Made by a program: the position numbers and the translations under genes | Assembly: GCF_964355755.1 (NCBI RefSeq) | Contig: NC_092673.1 | Coordinates: 4,154,001-4,218,000, forward strand | Direction: 5' to 3' | From: Antedon mediterranea | Lineage: Eukaryota; Animalia; Echinodermata | Length of the DNA stretch: 64,000 nucleotides | Shown: positions 38,261-50,606 of the stretch, in pieces | Position numbering within the stretch: the stretch's first letter is position 1 | Layout of the letters: each line of letters begins with the position of its first letter | Notes under the pieces: generated by a model | Seen by the model: only the letters and a program-made list of their open reading frames with translations | The model's database searches: none | Told to the model about the DNA's origin: nothing

Positions 38261-40840
38261 CAAAAATATCAGAAAATGTGAGTTTGTCCAGTAGCACCTG
38301 ATGATCTTAAGTAATCGTTTGGCCCGCCCTCACAACCCACACATCAAATATAAGTTTAAAATCTTCCTAAAAACCCTTTTACAAAATACACAAAAACGTA
38401 TCGATAAATCCAACAAACAACTGTTATTCGAAATTCTCAATGGAATATCCAAATTATATTTTTGCAGAAAACGTACATCCTTACTTTCGATATTGTGCTA
38501 GATCGAATGGGTAGAAGTACCGGACTGAATAGAATGTATGAGATATATCTTTGCGTGTTTCGGTTTTCTTCATCATTATTATTAATCTCTTTACCCATCT
38601 TTAATTTGCATTGTTGAAATAACCTTTTATTAATAATACTTTTATAATAATAACCTTTTATTAATAATACTTTTATAATAATAACCATTTATTAATAATA
38701 CTATTAATACATTTTGTAAAAAGGTATAAAGAAGAGAAAATCTATTAAAATGAAATTGGCATGTTGAGCGCTTCTTATCGTCGGATTATACACAGACGGT
38801 TTAGGCTACCATTATGCTCTATCTACACTATCAAACTTGTTGTGACAACAAAATGTGATGTGCCCACATAATGGACATGATGATGTAATCACTACCATAT
38901 TTTGGTACATCACAACATTTTTCAAAATAGTTCCATATACAGAGCTGTGGATAAATTAGGCTTTCCAACATTAAGCGACTTACCAATGTATACGGGTTTA
39001 AAATGACACCCGCCTCTTCTCTTTCGTTTCATTTTCCACCCTTCCAACCACAAATGTAGATCGTAGAATTAATTTATCGATTTACGTCATGGATTCTTCC
39101 ATCAATAAATATTTATTTTCCGTCCTTTCCTTTGGTAGGTTAATTTTCGGTTCGGTATTTTTTTTTATTATTTAATTAATTTCTTTAATTATCTTTATTG
39201 TCCGTTTTTGGGCCCTGGGAAGAAGTTAAGCAACGTTGCGTTGGCGGAGCACGTGCTCTCATCAACTTAGTTGTTCTCATCATTTCGGAAATCCGTTGTT
39301 TTAGGGATGTGCTCTAGACATCGTTCAGTACGCTTTTATTTGAATACCTTGATGCTAAAGTTAATGGTTATATAACTTATCAGGAAACAATTGTCATTAT
39401 TACGTTTTAAAATTAGACCGTATTAAACGGTAATAAATGGTATGATAGATTCAATAATCATTTTAAGGTTATAGGTTTTTAAAACAAGGGTTACTTACAA
39501 TTGTAACTCGTCAAACAAGCTCTGGGGACCTTATTATCTTGCATCCCTAGTCAGGCTTAAGCGGGCTTAATGGTCCAGTAACAAGCCTAATTTGGAACGC
39601 TAAATTATTCTGTTTTGCGTCATGCACATATTTATTAATATATTAATGCGTTTTAAAGTCATTATGCAATTAAGACGAAACAAAGATAGTAGTAATCGAA
39701 AAATGTACCAAAATATAACAATAAATACCTCATAAATGGTTAATTTAATCTTCATAAAATAATTACTTCATTGGGCGTTGTATAATTAGTTCTTGGAAGC
39801 TGAAATAATTTAGTATAGTTTCAATGATAATTATCGACGCGTTATTATCGCAATGAAACAACTAAACGTAGATCGAAACATTACTATATTGTTTCTCACA
39901 CCACCCCATTTAATGACTTGTATGCCGTGGAAAGACAATACATGATAATGGTGGTATATTTTATGACCGATTCGCTAAAAATTACGGAAATGAAACCGTT
40001 TCAACCTGCCTTTTTGAAACATTTAAATCGAATTGATTTATACATGAACATGCGGCGAAAAATGTTTGAAATTGATTGCAAAAAATTTGGATATTGTAAA
40101 ATTGCAGAATTTATCAAACATTTTAAAAACACAATTATTATTGTTTTTATTTGTAAACTTTTATTGGATTTTTATGAAAGAAGATGCAGCAATAATCTGT
40201 GGATGAAATTGTGGTCTAAATGTATGAACAAATACAATTAATATTGTGCGCCATGTGACGATACGATGAATGATATTCCACCACCACCTCAGAACTATAT
40301 TAATTTACTATCGATTGCGCAAAATTGAGAAATATGTTATAATGGATTTTAGACGGGGAAATTGTCAAGTCATTAAGAACCATCTGTAGTATTCAGAAAA
40401 GAAACTTCAATTACTTTTAATGTCGCGAAAATACTTTTCATTGTATCGGAAGTTTAAGTTTCCTATTTCTTGAGAAAAAGGTGCTTAATATGAAATAAAT
40501 TACACTAATAATTGGCTTGTACTAATGCATTAATTATTATAAAAAAAGGTTATCTTTGATTTGAGAATCACAGATAAGCTCAATTAACATGATATATATG
40601 TACAGTTAATATCTCATCTATAGAAACTAAAACAGAATAAAATAGTAAAATCAAATTAAGTCAAAATGATGGACGGACGAACATCAACTATGCCGACAAT
40701 CGAAACCATATTTAATTTAAATTATTTACAATTATCATAGATCCTGTTAACGCTCGTAAACTAATGCTTACTTCTATTATTAACTGTATATTGCCAATAA
40801 TTGATTATACTGTTGATACGTAATTATTCTAATCAATGTC

Positions 40841-41064
40841 ATGTAATCATTTCGAGAGAGAGGGATTTTCCGTTATTGCTTTTAAGGTAAACATTATCGG
40901 TTGATTTTAGTATAAAAATGAGCGTGGTTTTACAAACTTCATTCATAACTTCATCGACGAGCATTGACTTACTTATTGTACTTCGAAGAGCAGAAGATAC
41001 CAGCGAACATCATACGTACAAGAAATTATTTACATTTACAAGAAATAACTATACTCAATATAAG
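40841..41064 (+). promoter_or_regulatory. Putative promoter and non-coding first exon of secreted gene A
   Basis: kB consensus GGGATTTTCC 40862-40871, TATAAAA 40911-40917, Inr-like TTCATTC at about 40939, and donor AAG|GTAACT at 41064/41065 joining the acceptor at 41538/41539 five nt before the ATG. Confidence 0.6.
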
Positions 41065-41543
41065 GTAACTATCGCAATATCTTGTCTATGCATTGTATCA
41101 TTTCTTTACGGTATTTAAACAAATAATAAAATGAAAACTTCACTGTTATTTGAAATACTGTATTTTCTAAATAAAATTCAATTTAAAAATTATGCCAATT
41201 GACTATTTATATGCATAGATTTTTTTTAAATACACTGTAGACCGATATGGGTTGGATTATTATTTTACTTATAATTCAATTGAAAATAATACCAATTGTT
41301 AAAATATATGTATGGATCTATATAGTTATTTTCAGGTGTAAAATTTTTTTTTTAATTCTGTAGTAACAAAGTCGTTTATTTAGGCCTAATAATTGTACAA
41401 TTATTTGTGTTTTAGTGATGATATTAAACTTGTATAAATCGGACATACTATGTGCATTATGTATGCAATAATACTAAATACATAATTCGAAATAAAAATA
41501 ATATATTAATATGATATATATTTTTTTACAATTTTCAGATACG

Positions 41544-43317
41544 ATGGCTCTTTTCAATATGACACACTGCATCATCAGTCTGCTGGGTGCATGCTTGTTA
41601 GTGGGTTCAATGCCTGTGTCCCCGACCACTGATGCTCCAATCCAGCTAAACAACGTCGATGACGCTAAAACGGCTGCCGAGAGATGGGAAAGAAATATTT
41701 ACGATTTCTATACAAGTTATGTAAGTCAATAATTTAATGTTTACTAACTAAATCTTAAATCGTAACTAGCCTATGTGCAAGATTGTATAATACAAAAGAC
41801 AAATGTAAAATTTAAACCATAGAAAAAAGAGTGAACTTTAATTTTAAAGATGGATGTACTCCTACAAAAGATTTTAAAAAAAACATTAAAGATATTTTGT
41901 CCCCTAAAAAATTTATATTTTGTCACCCTAAAAAATATATATTTTTAAAAATGCCAATTTTTAATGTCACATAATAGTTATTCACTTTGACCAAAAACTG
42001 GATCGAACAAAAAATGATTTAATGTAATTTAAAGCAAATAAATATTTAAATTGTCTGACGGACAGTGGTTTTTTGGTTAAAATTAACCGTTTTTTTTGTC
42101 TTTTTATAAGTGAAATCATTATTTTGTTTAATTTAACATTGTGATTTGCCAACAGATAAACAATCATACCGCCCTCTCTGCAACCTCTATCCAAAGTAAT
42201 AACATCTCCAAGCGTGTCGATGACTGTATCCTTCAATACAGGACAACCGCTCAGGTAAGATATACAATGTTTTTACATCTTTGCTCACCTTAGAATTATA
42301 CCGCTTTCACAATAAAGGCAAAACTCGGAAACACGCTCAGGTGTTTTGGTGTGAAAGGGGCCCAAGGAGTTTTGCACACTAAACTGCAAGGAACCCACGT
42401 TCATTGTAATTGTGTCTCATAATCGAATACGTTCTCGTTTGGCCCGGTTGCTCTCACTACATTTTAGAAAATAGCATATATATTGATTGTTTCCAATTCA
42501 TTGAGAATAATTTGCTTGTGTTTGTTTTTTAACAGAGTAATTTGGAAACACGTCTGGTAACATTGGTCAAATACTCGGTTAACATCACAACCCTGATCTA
42601 CATTGATGCTTACACAAGAACCACACTGTCCAATCTTGACAAAACAATGGAAAAGTTTGTAAGTTTTTATCACTAATTCTTCTTACCCTCATCTAATATT
42701 CTCATATAATTCCGTAACTTTCCTAATGAATATATACGATTACGAGTTTGTAAGGCTCCATAAGTAACGTTTCTTAGTAATATAATAACTATGTAACTAA
42801 CATTTTATTATTTATTTTAATTTTCCCAGCTTAAAGAAGACAACGTTAGTGTCTGTAACGTCATTGATGATGAACTTGCACCGCCGCTGTGTTTCGAGTC
42901 CTTTGAGGTACGTATTCTTATAAATAACTAAATATGAATAACTCCAGTGCCGTATAACGGCTATGTTACGGCTATGAGCGCTCACTGGCTAAACCCAGGG
43001 GCCCCTGAGTTTATGGTGCCTCAGACCTTATGGGTCACCTGAGAAGTGCCCAGAGGGCCGGGAAAACAGACATTAAAATATGTCGAAAAGGCTAAAAATG
43101 ACCGAGGCCTCAGGTATCTGCGTTACGCCACTTCTCGGACTCCTATCCATCTATAGCCCACAATGACAATTAAGGCCTATGTTTAATTTTATTGCAGACT
43201 GCCGTAGCTGAAGTAAAACAAAAATCGGAGCCCCTTGCTGTTGCATACTCTCTGCATATGCTACGAAGTGCCGCCGATGCCGTGTACAAACTAACCAGCT
43301 CATCTCAACTTTGTTAA
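41544..43317 (+). CDS. Novel secreted protein A (198 aa), candidate helical cytokine; 5 coding exons, all introns phase 0
   Basis: Exons 41544-41720 (177 nt; MALFNMTHCIISLLGACLLVGS signal + MPVSPTTDAPIQLNNVDDAKTAAERWERNIYDFYTSY), 42156-42254 (99), 42536-42658 (123), 42830-42907 (78), 43198-43317 (120, ends ...YSLHMLRSAADAVYKLTSSSQLC*). Splice sites are strong GT-AG and there are no stops. Gene structure is well supported; function is inferred. Confidence 0.85.
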
Positions 43318-44564
43318 AACGTATGGCATACTATATTGTAGACATAATATTCTATTTAAGATTATAAATTATTATATTTGTGGTAATTAAAGCATATTAT
43401 ATATGTATATATATATTTTTTAAATTCAGTGATACCATGGATACAACCATAATTTACGTGCGCGTGCAAACGATGTTAGGTGTTATCAGATTTTGAACAC
43501 GCACGTCAAATTTCGGTCTATTCGATGCATCACTGACATACGCTTGCATCAAGCGCACAACTAATTACAAACTATTTCTAGCTGCTCCCAACACAAACAC
43601 GTTTATTTGGACGTATTACGAAACATTTGCTCTGGTGCACCAATATACAAAAGGAACTAACCATTATTAGATGATTTTATCACGTATTGATAATTTGAAT
43701 GAATAACATAACATATAATAGCTACGTAATATGTACTTTTAAAACGATAATTGAAATAGTAGGCCTATAAAATATAAAATTATATAAGTTCCAATATTTA
43801 TACCATTTATTTGTTAATAATATTAACTATATATATCTGTATGTGTATATCCGTTAATGGATAATATACAGCGTTGAAGAAACTAGTACTCTATATTAGA
43901 CATGCGCAGTAGATCATACTGATCACGTATTTGTCGTATTTTCACGGCACGAGGTAATGTTTGCTGCCCAACGTTATGTTATATTGTTGTTGATATATAT
44001 TTGTCAGTTAGCGTTCTTTTTCTCAAAATCATGTTTTCATAGAGGTTCATAGCGGCAGTACTTTTGAGCTTCAAGTATTGTTTGTTATTTAGGACAAAAA
44101 TTCTTTTTCACATCGTCTAGCAAAACTCGGAGTCGAAAAAAAACCTACACACACCACCGGGCGTTTTGCAAGTTGTATGGAAAGTTTCCAGAGTTTTGCT
44201 AAACAATGTAAAAAAGATGTGCGTTGTTTTGTGTATCTGATTATGATCGGATTGATTGCTTTTTTGTTCTGTAATTATTATACTATTAAACAAACAAACA
44301 CTAGTATCATAATTGTTAGCTTAAAATTAGTTAAAATATATAAAGAAAGCTGAATATTATAGAGCTGCTGTGTTAATATTATTTAAATATTTTGCGATGT
44401 TGTCAGTCGCCTTGCATTTGATATTCATTGTTTAACTTGGCCTCGGTTAAATAAAATCATGTAAAATATATGTTGCCTTTTAAAAATCTTTTATTTTGTT
44501 TTGCTACAGATATTTTTTTCACCCAGAGTAGGAGTTTTTTAGGAATTAAATTATTAAAAACATA

Positions 44565-47473
44565 TAACCATAACATGCGCAGACCACATTATGTGATTCT
44601 GCGTATGTTACATTATTATATAGTAACCAGTTATGTTAAACACAAGTTTTTTTAAATGCAATTATTATGCGATAAAATTGCTCTATATGATCATATATTG
44701 CTTTATCATCATCTTATAGTACCATAGACACTTGTTATCACGACAAATAAAAGTGTCGAAAATTGGCCATTTTTGAAAAAATTCCTGTACTATAGTAAAG
44801 GGATTTTTTCGAAAAATGGCCAAAATATCAAGTTTTTTAAATTAAATTATTATGCGATAAAATTGCTCTATATGATCATATATTGGTTTATTATCATCTT
44901 ATAGTACCATTAGACATCTGTTATGTAACCACTTTTGACATAAATGGTTACTATAGCATAATAAACATGCGCAGAGTCGAATAATGGATTCTGCGCATGT
45001 CGATTGTGCTATAGTAACCATTTATGTCAAATATGGTTATGATAGCACAATTGATGCGCAGAACCCATTATTCGTCTCTGCGCATGTTTATTATGCAATA
45101 GTAACCATTTATGTCAAAAAATAAGGGGGTCGGAAATCGGCCATTTTTCAAAAGTTTCCCTGTACTATAGTACAGGGATTTGTTCAAAAAAATGGCAAAT
45201 TTTCGACCTATTTATTTTTCGATAAAACTGGTTACTATAGCACAATTAACATGCGCAGAACCCATTAGTCGACACTGCGCATGTTTATTATGCTATAGTA
45301 ACCATTTATGTCAAAAGTAAATGGTTATGATAGCACAATTGACATGCGCAGAACCCATTATTCGACTCTGCGCATGTTTATTATGCAATAGTAACCATTT
45401 ATGTCAAAAAATAAAAGGGTCGAAAATCGGCCATTTTTCAAAAATTTTCCTGTACTGTAGTACAGGGATTTTTCCAAAAAAATGGCCAATTTTCGACCTT
45501 TTTATTTTTCGATAAAACTGGTTACTATAGCACAATTAACATGCGCAGAACCCATTAGTCGACTCTGCGCATGTTTATTATGCTATAGTAACCATTTATG
45601 TCAAAAGTAACCACTTTAGACATAAATGGTTACTATAGCATAATAAACATGCGCAGAGTCGAATAATGGGTTCTGCGCATGTTAATTGTGCTATAGTAAC
45701 CATTTATGTCAAATATGGTTATGATAGCACAATTGACATGCGCAGAACCCATTAGTCGACTCTGCGCATGTTTATTATGCTATAGTAACCATTTATGTCA
45801 AAAGTAAATGGTTATGATAGCACAATTGACATGCGCAGAACCCATTATTCGACTCTGCGCATGTTTATTATGCAATAGTAACCATTTATGTCAAAAAATA
45901 AAAGGGTCGAAAATCGGCCATTTTTCAAAAATTTTCCTGTACTATAGTACAGGGATTTTTCCAAAAAAATGGCCAATTTTCGACCTTTTTATTTTTCGAT
46001 AAAACTGGTTACTATAGCACAATTAACATGCGCAGAACCCATTAGTCGACTCTGCGCATGTTTATTATGCTATAGTAACCATTTATGTCAAAAGTAACCA
46101 CTTTAGACATAAATGGTTACTATAGCATAATAAACATGCGCAGAGTCGAATAATAGGTTCTGCGCATGTTAATTGTGCTATAGTAACCATTTATATCAAA
46201 TATGGTTATGATAGCACAATTGACATGCGCAGAACCCATTATTGGACTCTGCGCATGTTTATTATGCAATAGTAACCGTTTATGTCAAAAAATAAGAGGG
46301 TCGGAAATCGGCCATTTTATGAAAATTTTCCTGTACTATAGTACAGGGATTTTTCAAAAAAATGGCCAATTTTCGACCTTTTTATTTTTCGATAAAACTG
46401 GTTACTATAGCACAATTGACATGCGCAGAACCCATTATTCGACTCTGCGCATGTTTATTATGCTATAGTAACCATTTATGTCAAAAGTGGTTCAAATATG
46501 GTTATGATAGCACAATTAACATGCGCAGAACCCATTATTCGACTCTGCGCATGTTTATTATGCTATAGTAACCATTTATGTCAAAAGTGGTTCAAATATG
46601 GTTATGATAGCACAATTAACATGCGCAGAACCCATTATTCGTCTCTGCGGATGTTTATTATGCAATAGTAACCATTTATGTCAAAAGTGGTTCAAATATG
46701 GTTATGATAGCACAATTGACATGCGCAGAACCCATTATTGGACTCTGCGCATGTTTATTATGCAATAGTAACCGTTTATGTCAAAAAATAAGAGGGTCGG
46801 AAATCGGCCATTTTTCGAAAATTTTTCTGTACTATAGTACAGGGATTTGTTAAAAAAAATGGCAAATTTTCGACCTTTTTATTTTTCGATAAAACTGGTT
46901 ACTATAGCTCAATTAACATGCGCAGAACCCATTAGTCGACTCTGCGCATGTTTATTATGGTATAGTAACCATTTATGTCAAAAGTAAATGGTTATGATAG
47001 CACAATTGACATGCGCAGAACCCATTATTCGACTCTGCGCATGTTTATTATGCAATAGTAACCATTTATGTCAAAAAATAAAAGGGTCGAAAATCGGCCA
47101 TTTTTCAAAAATTTTCCTGTACTATAGTACAGGGATTTTTTCAAAAAAATGGCCAATTTTCGACCTTTTTATTTTTCGATAAAACTGGTTACTATAGCAC
47201 AATTAACATGCCAGAACCCATTAGTCGACTCTGCGCATGTTTATTATGCTATAGTAACCATTTATGTCAAAAGTAACCACTTTAGACATAAATGGTTACT
47301 ATAGCATAATAAACATGCGCAGAGTTGAATAATGGGTTCTGCGCATGTCAATTGTGCTATAGTAACCATTTATGTCAAATATGGTTATGATAGCACAATT
47401 GACATGCTCTGAACCCATTATTCGTCTCTGCGCATGTTTATTATGCAATAGTAACCATTTATGTCAAAAAATA
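44565..47473. repeat. Complex higher-order satellite built from two hairpin/palindromic monomers in both orientations
   Basis: Monomer X is about 90 bp (TGGTTA..ATAGCACAATT.ACATGCGCAGAACCCATTATTCGACTCTGCGCATG..TAGTAACCA). Monomer Y is about 105 bp and palindromic, centred on GTACTATAGTAC. The higher-order period is 487 bp between 45321 and 45808. Confidence 0.92.
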
Positions 47474-47929
47474 AGCATATTGATCTAAACGTCGAGAAAC
47501 TCAACAGTTCTTTTCAGAATATGTGGTGTACTGCAAACTTTATAACAACAATATCATACTTGTTTGAAGTAATACTTACAATTAAATAGATTAATTTTGT
47601 TACTACAAATTATTTCTCATAAACGTCAGTAATAATGAGTGACGTATTTCCTTTTTACTTTTAATATAAAAATAATGCATATTTCTCTGCAAGGATGTTT
47701 ACTATAAGGTGGGTGTTAATATTAAAATATGATTCAATGACATAATTTTATACATCGTAAAATATATTCGTGTAATTTAAATTTTATTGAAGATAAATAT
47801 TGTGAAATACCATACTAGATTTCACTCTCAGCATTGTCAACCCTCTACCCACTCCCCAGTCACAATTGAATTGAGGGGTTGTTGGAAGTTCGCAAAATGA
47901 TGAGATACTGGTACTTATTTGAATGGGTT

Positions 47930-48220
47930 TCGTATTCGACTACAATGCTTATTCAACTTTGATACTTATTCGACTGTAATGCTTATTCAACTCCGGTACT
48001 TATTTAACTACATTTCTTATTCGGCTGCAATACCTATTCAACCCCGGTACTTATTCGACTGCAACGCTTTTTTTGACTTCGGTACTTTTTTGGCTGCATT
48101 TCTAATTCGGCTGAAATGCCTATTCAACCCCGGTACTTATTCGGCTACAATGCTTATTCAACCCCGGTACTTATTTGACTGCATTTCTTATTCGATTGCA
48201 ACGCTCATTCGGCTCAGTAT
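47930..48220. repeat. Degenerate short tandem repeat (CCGGTACTTATTCGACTGCAATGCTTATTCAACC-like)
   Basis: Recurrent CGGTACTTATT and TATTCG(A/G)CT subunits. Confidence 0.75.
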
Positions 48221-48545
48221 TTCAATAATTTACCGTAAAGGCAAATAAAAAAATACACCTAAACAATTGTTAACTTAAATTTTTAAATACATACATTGAA
48301 GGGAAAAGGGAGAGACAATAACGAATGGAACAAACAGAAAGTAAAATGTTCTATGTAAGTCACGGGTCGACGTAGCAATCGATATTTTAATTACCGTAAT
48401 CAATTAATACCGAAATTATTTTCTTTTAAAATGTAATTTTTTTACAACTTAAATCCAATACATAGCGCAAATTGAGTAATTGTATTTTTTTCTCATCTTT
48501 TTTTTGTCTTGTGTGAGTTCGTCCCACTTTATTAACACACTCTGT

Positions 48546-48612
48546 ATAGCATAGCATAGCATAGTATAGCATAGCATAGCATAGCATAGCATAGCATAGC
48601 ATAGCATAGCAT
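48546..48612. repeat. (ATAGC)n microsatellite
   Basis: Read directly. Confidence 0.95.
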
Positions 48613-48891
48613 ATTTTTTCCTCTCATTTATATGTTACAACGTTAAAAGTAGTTGTAATAAAAACATCTGCTGTATATACATAAAATGATTGATATTGAT
48701 GTTTTTAAAACCATATTTGCATTCGTTTTTTTACATTTTTAAAAAATGTATTCAAATATACCAAATAATTAACAAAATGGCAAAAAAAGACGATAAATAT
48801 TGATTAAAAACGTACTTTTCTCATCTTAAAAAAATGTTCATAGTGAAATAAATTAAAAAAAATAATAATATCTTTAGAAAAGGTACCGTAC

Positions 48892-48951
48892 AATAATAAT
48901 AATACTAATAATATTAATAATAATAATAGTAATAATAATAATAATAATAAT
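48892..48951. repeat. (AAT)n microsatellite
   Basis: Read directly; imperfect. Confidence 0.9.
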
Positions 48952-50389
48952 CACATCTGTTTAAATGAAGTATTAAAGTATTGAAAGATGTCAACAACAA
49001 TACACTCTTTATTGAATAAACCGAATCAGCGACGGTAAATGAAATATTTAAAAAAACATTAAAATATAACATACATACAAACGTGCATTTACTGACAATG
49101 TCGTCATGTGTAAATAAATTAATTTAAAACAAAAAATATGCTTTATTACCGAAAAATCCAATTGTAAAACGAATCTAAAAATACATTTAAACTTCGGTGT
49201 CTTTAGGAAAAATATATAGTCATAAAAAATCAAATTGTCAAAATAAATCGATATAGGCCCATTGCTACTAAATAATTATATAGTATAAGTATAATCTATA
49301 GTTATTGCACTATTACTTTCGACTACGGGTTATAATCAGGTAAATAATAAACCACCCACACTTCAATATGAAATAAAGAGAACGTTTAAATTAAACAAAA
49401 AAGAAAGTTGTTCTCAGGACATAAAATGATAATTGCTTAAGTCCAAATTGCAAAAACAAATCAATTAATAAAACCATCATCATAGAACTGTTACATAATA
49501 TAAATGTATTTTGTTTGTTACCATTTCCCATTGTAATTATTTTTAAAGAAATTAGGCCTATATATTATTTCAAAATATTTGGTGTATATAAACACAAACT
49601 GAACAGAGCAAACAACAAACATTGTTTACGAGTGAATGCGACTCATCATCAATCATTTGAATAATTATTTATTAATTAATTTATAACAGGTAGGTAACTG
49701 TTTACTATTTTCTGCATAATAAATAGTATACTGTATAAAATAGTCTTAATTTAAATTTAAAGATATATTGTCCCCCTAAAAAAATATTTTGTTACAAATT
49801 TGTTGTAGAATATGTAATTTGAATTTCACATAATAGTTATTCACTTTGATAAAAAATCGGATCAAAAATGATTTCCCAGAAAAAAATAAAATAAATAGTC
49901 AAATTGGTTGAATTTAACTGTTTATTTTGTCATTTTATAAGTGAAAACATTATTTTTTTCATTTTTTTTTCCTATGGAATGTGATCAACTTTGTTAAAAC
50001 TACAAAAATTGCCTATTCAAGTCTGATTTTATTAATCTTCATTTTTCATGTTTTTCGGAGAAAATACATCTTTAAGTTTGGTTTCCTTGGACGCGACGCA
50101 AGTACTTTAAAGCACCGCAATTTGACCAATCACAAGCGATGAAGCATCCGAACTGTCGATTATGATAGGTCAACTCACTTGCGTTGCGCGTCTACCCTCG
50201 TTGCGTCGCTTCCAAGTGGGAACCCCGCTTTAAGAAAAGCAATGCAATATCTATTATGGTCACTATGGAGGCAAATCGACTGACGATGTGTCTATGAAAC
50301 ACTGGAAAAAAGAATGGATGTTTTTTTTTTGAATTAGTGGCTTAGATGGCTTAGTAAACATATTATTATTGAGAGGGTTACACCCTACT

Positions 50390-50494
50390 GAAAGAAAACG
50401 AAATAAATATAAAATAAACAAAGTGATGTAATCATAATTTTAAACGATTTTCATTGGCTGTGCGTTCATTGACCCTGCCAGTTTATTATAAATA
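50390..50494 (+). promoter_or_regulatory. Putative promoter of secreted gene B
   Basis: IRF-like GAAAGAAAACGAAA 50390-50403, ATGTAATCAT 50426-50435, inverted CCAAT at about 50453, and TATAAATA 50487-50494, about 120 nt before the ATG. Confidence 0.5.
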
Positions 50495-50606
50495 CAACAC
50501 ACCAATAGACATACAAATTTACACATTGTCTTCTATTAATCAAAAATTGCAAAATTAAACATTGTTTCGTCTCTACTTCAGATATTTTAGTTTTTCCGAG
50601 AAAAAA

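Noticed and set aside
39918-40241. 107-aa ORF upstream of gene A as a third paralog
   Set aside because: It starts at TTG and has no signal peptide, no matching exon series and no recognisable motif.
43318-43830. AU-rich instability elements as support for cytokine identity
   Set aside because: ATTTA motifs are present, but the whole window is so AT-rich that they carry little information.
44565-47473. CRISPR-like array and repeated 64-aa ORFs
   Set aside because: There are no unique spacers and no cas genes, and the context is eukaryotic. The ORFs are satellite translations.
47919-48248. 109-aa ORF between genes A and B
   Set aside because: It is a translation of a degenerate tandem repeat.
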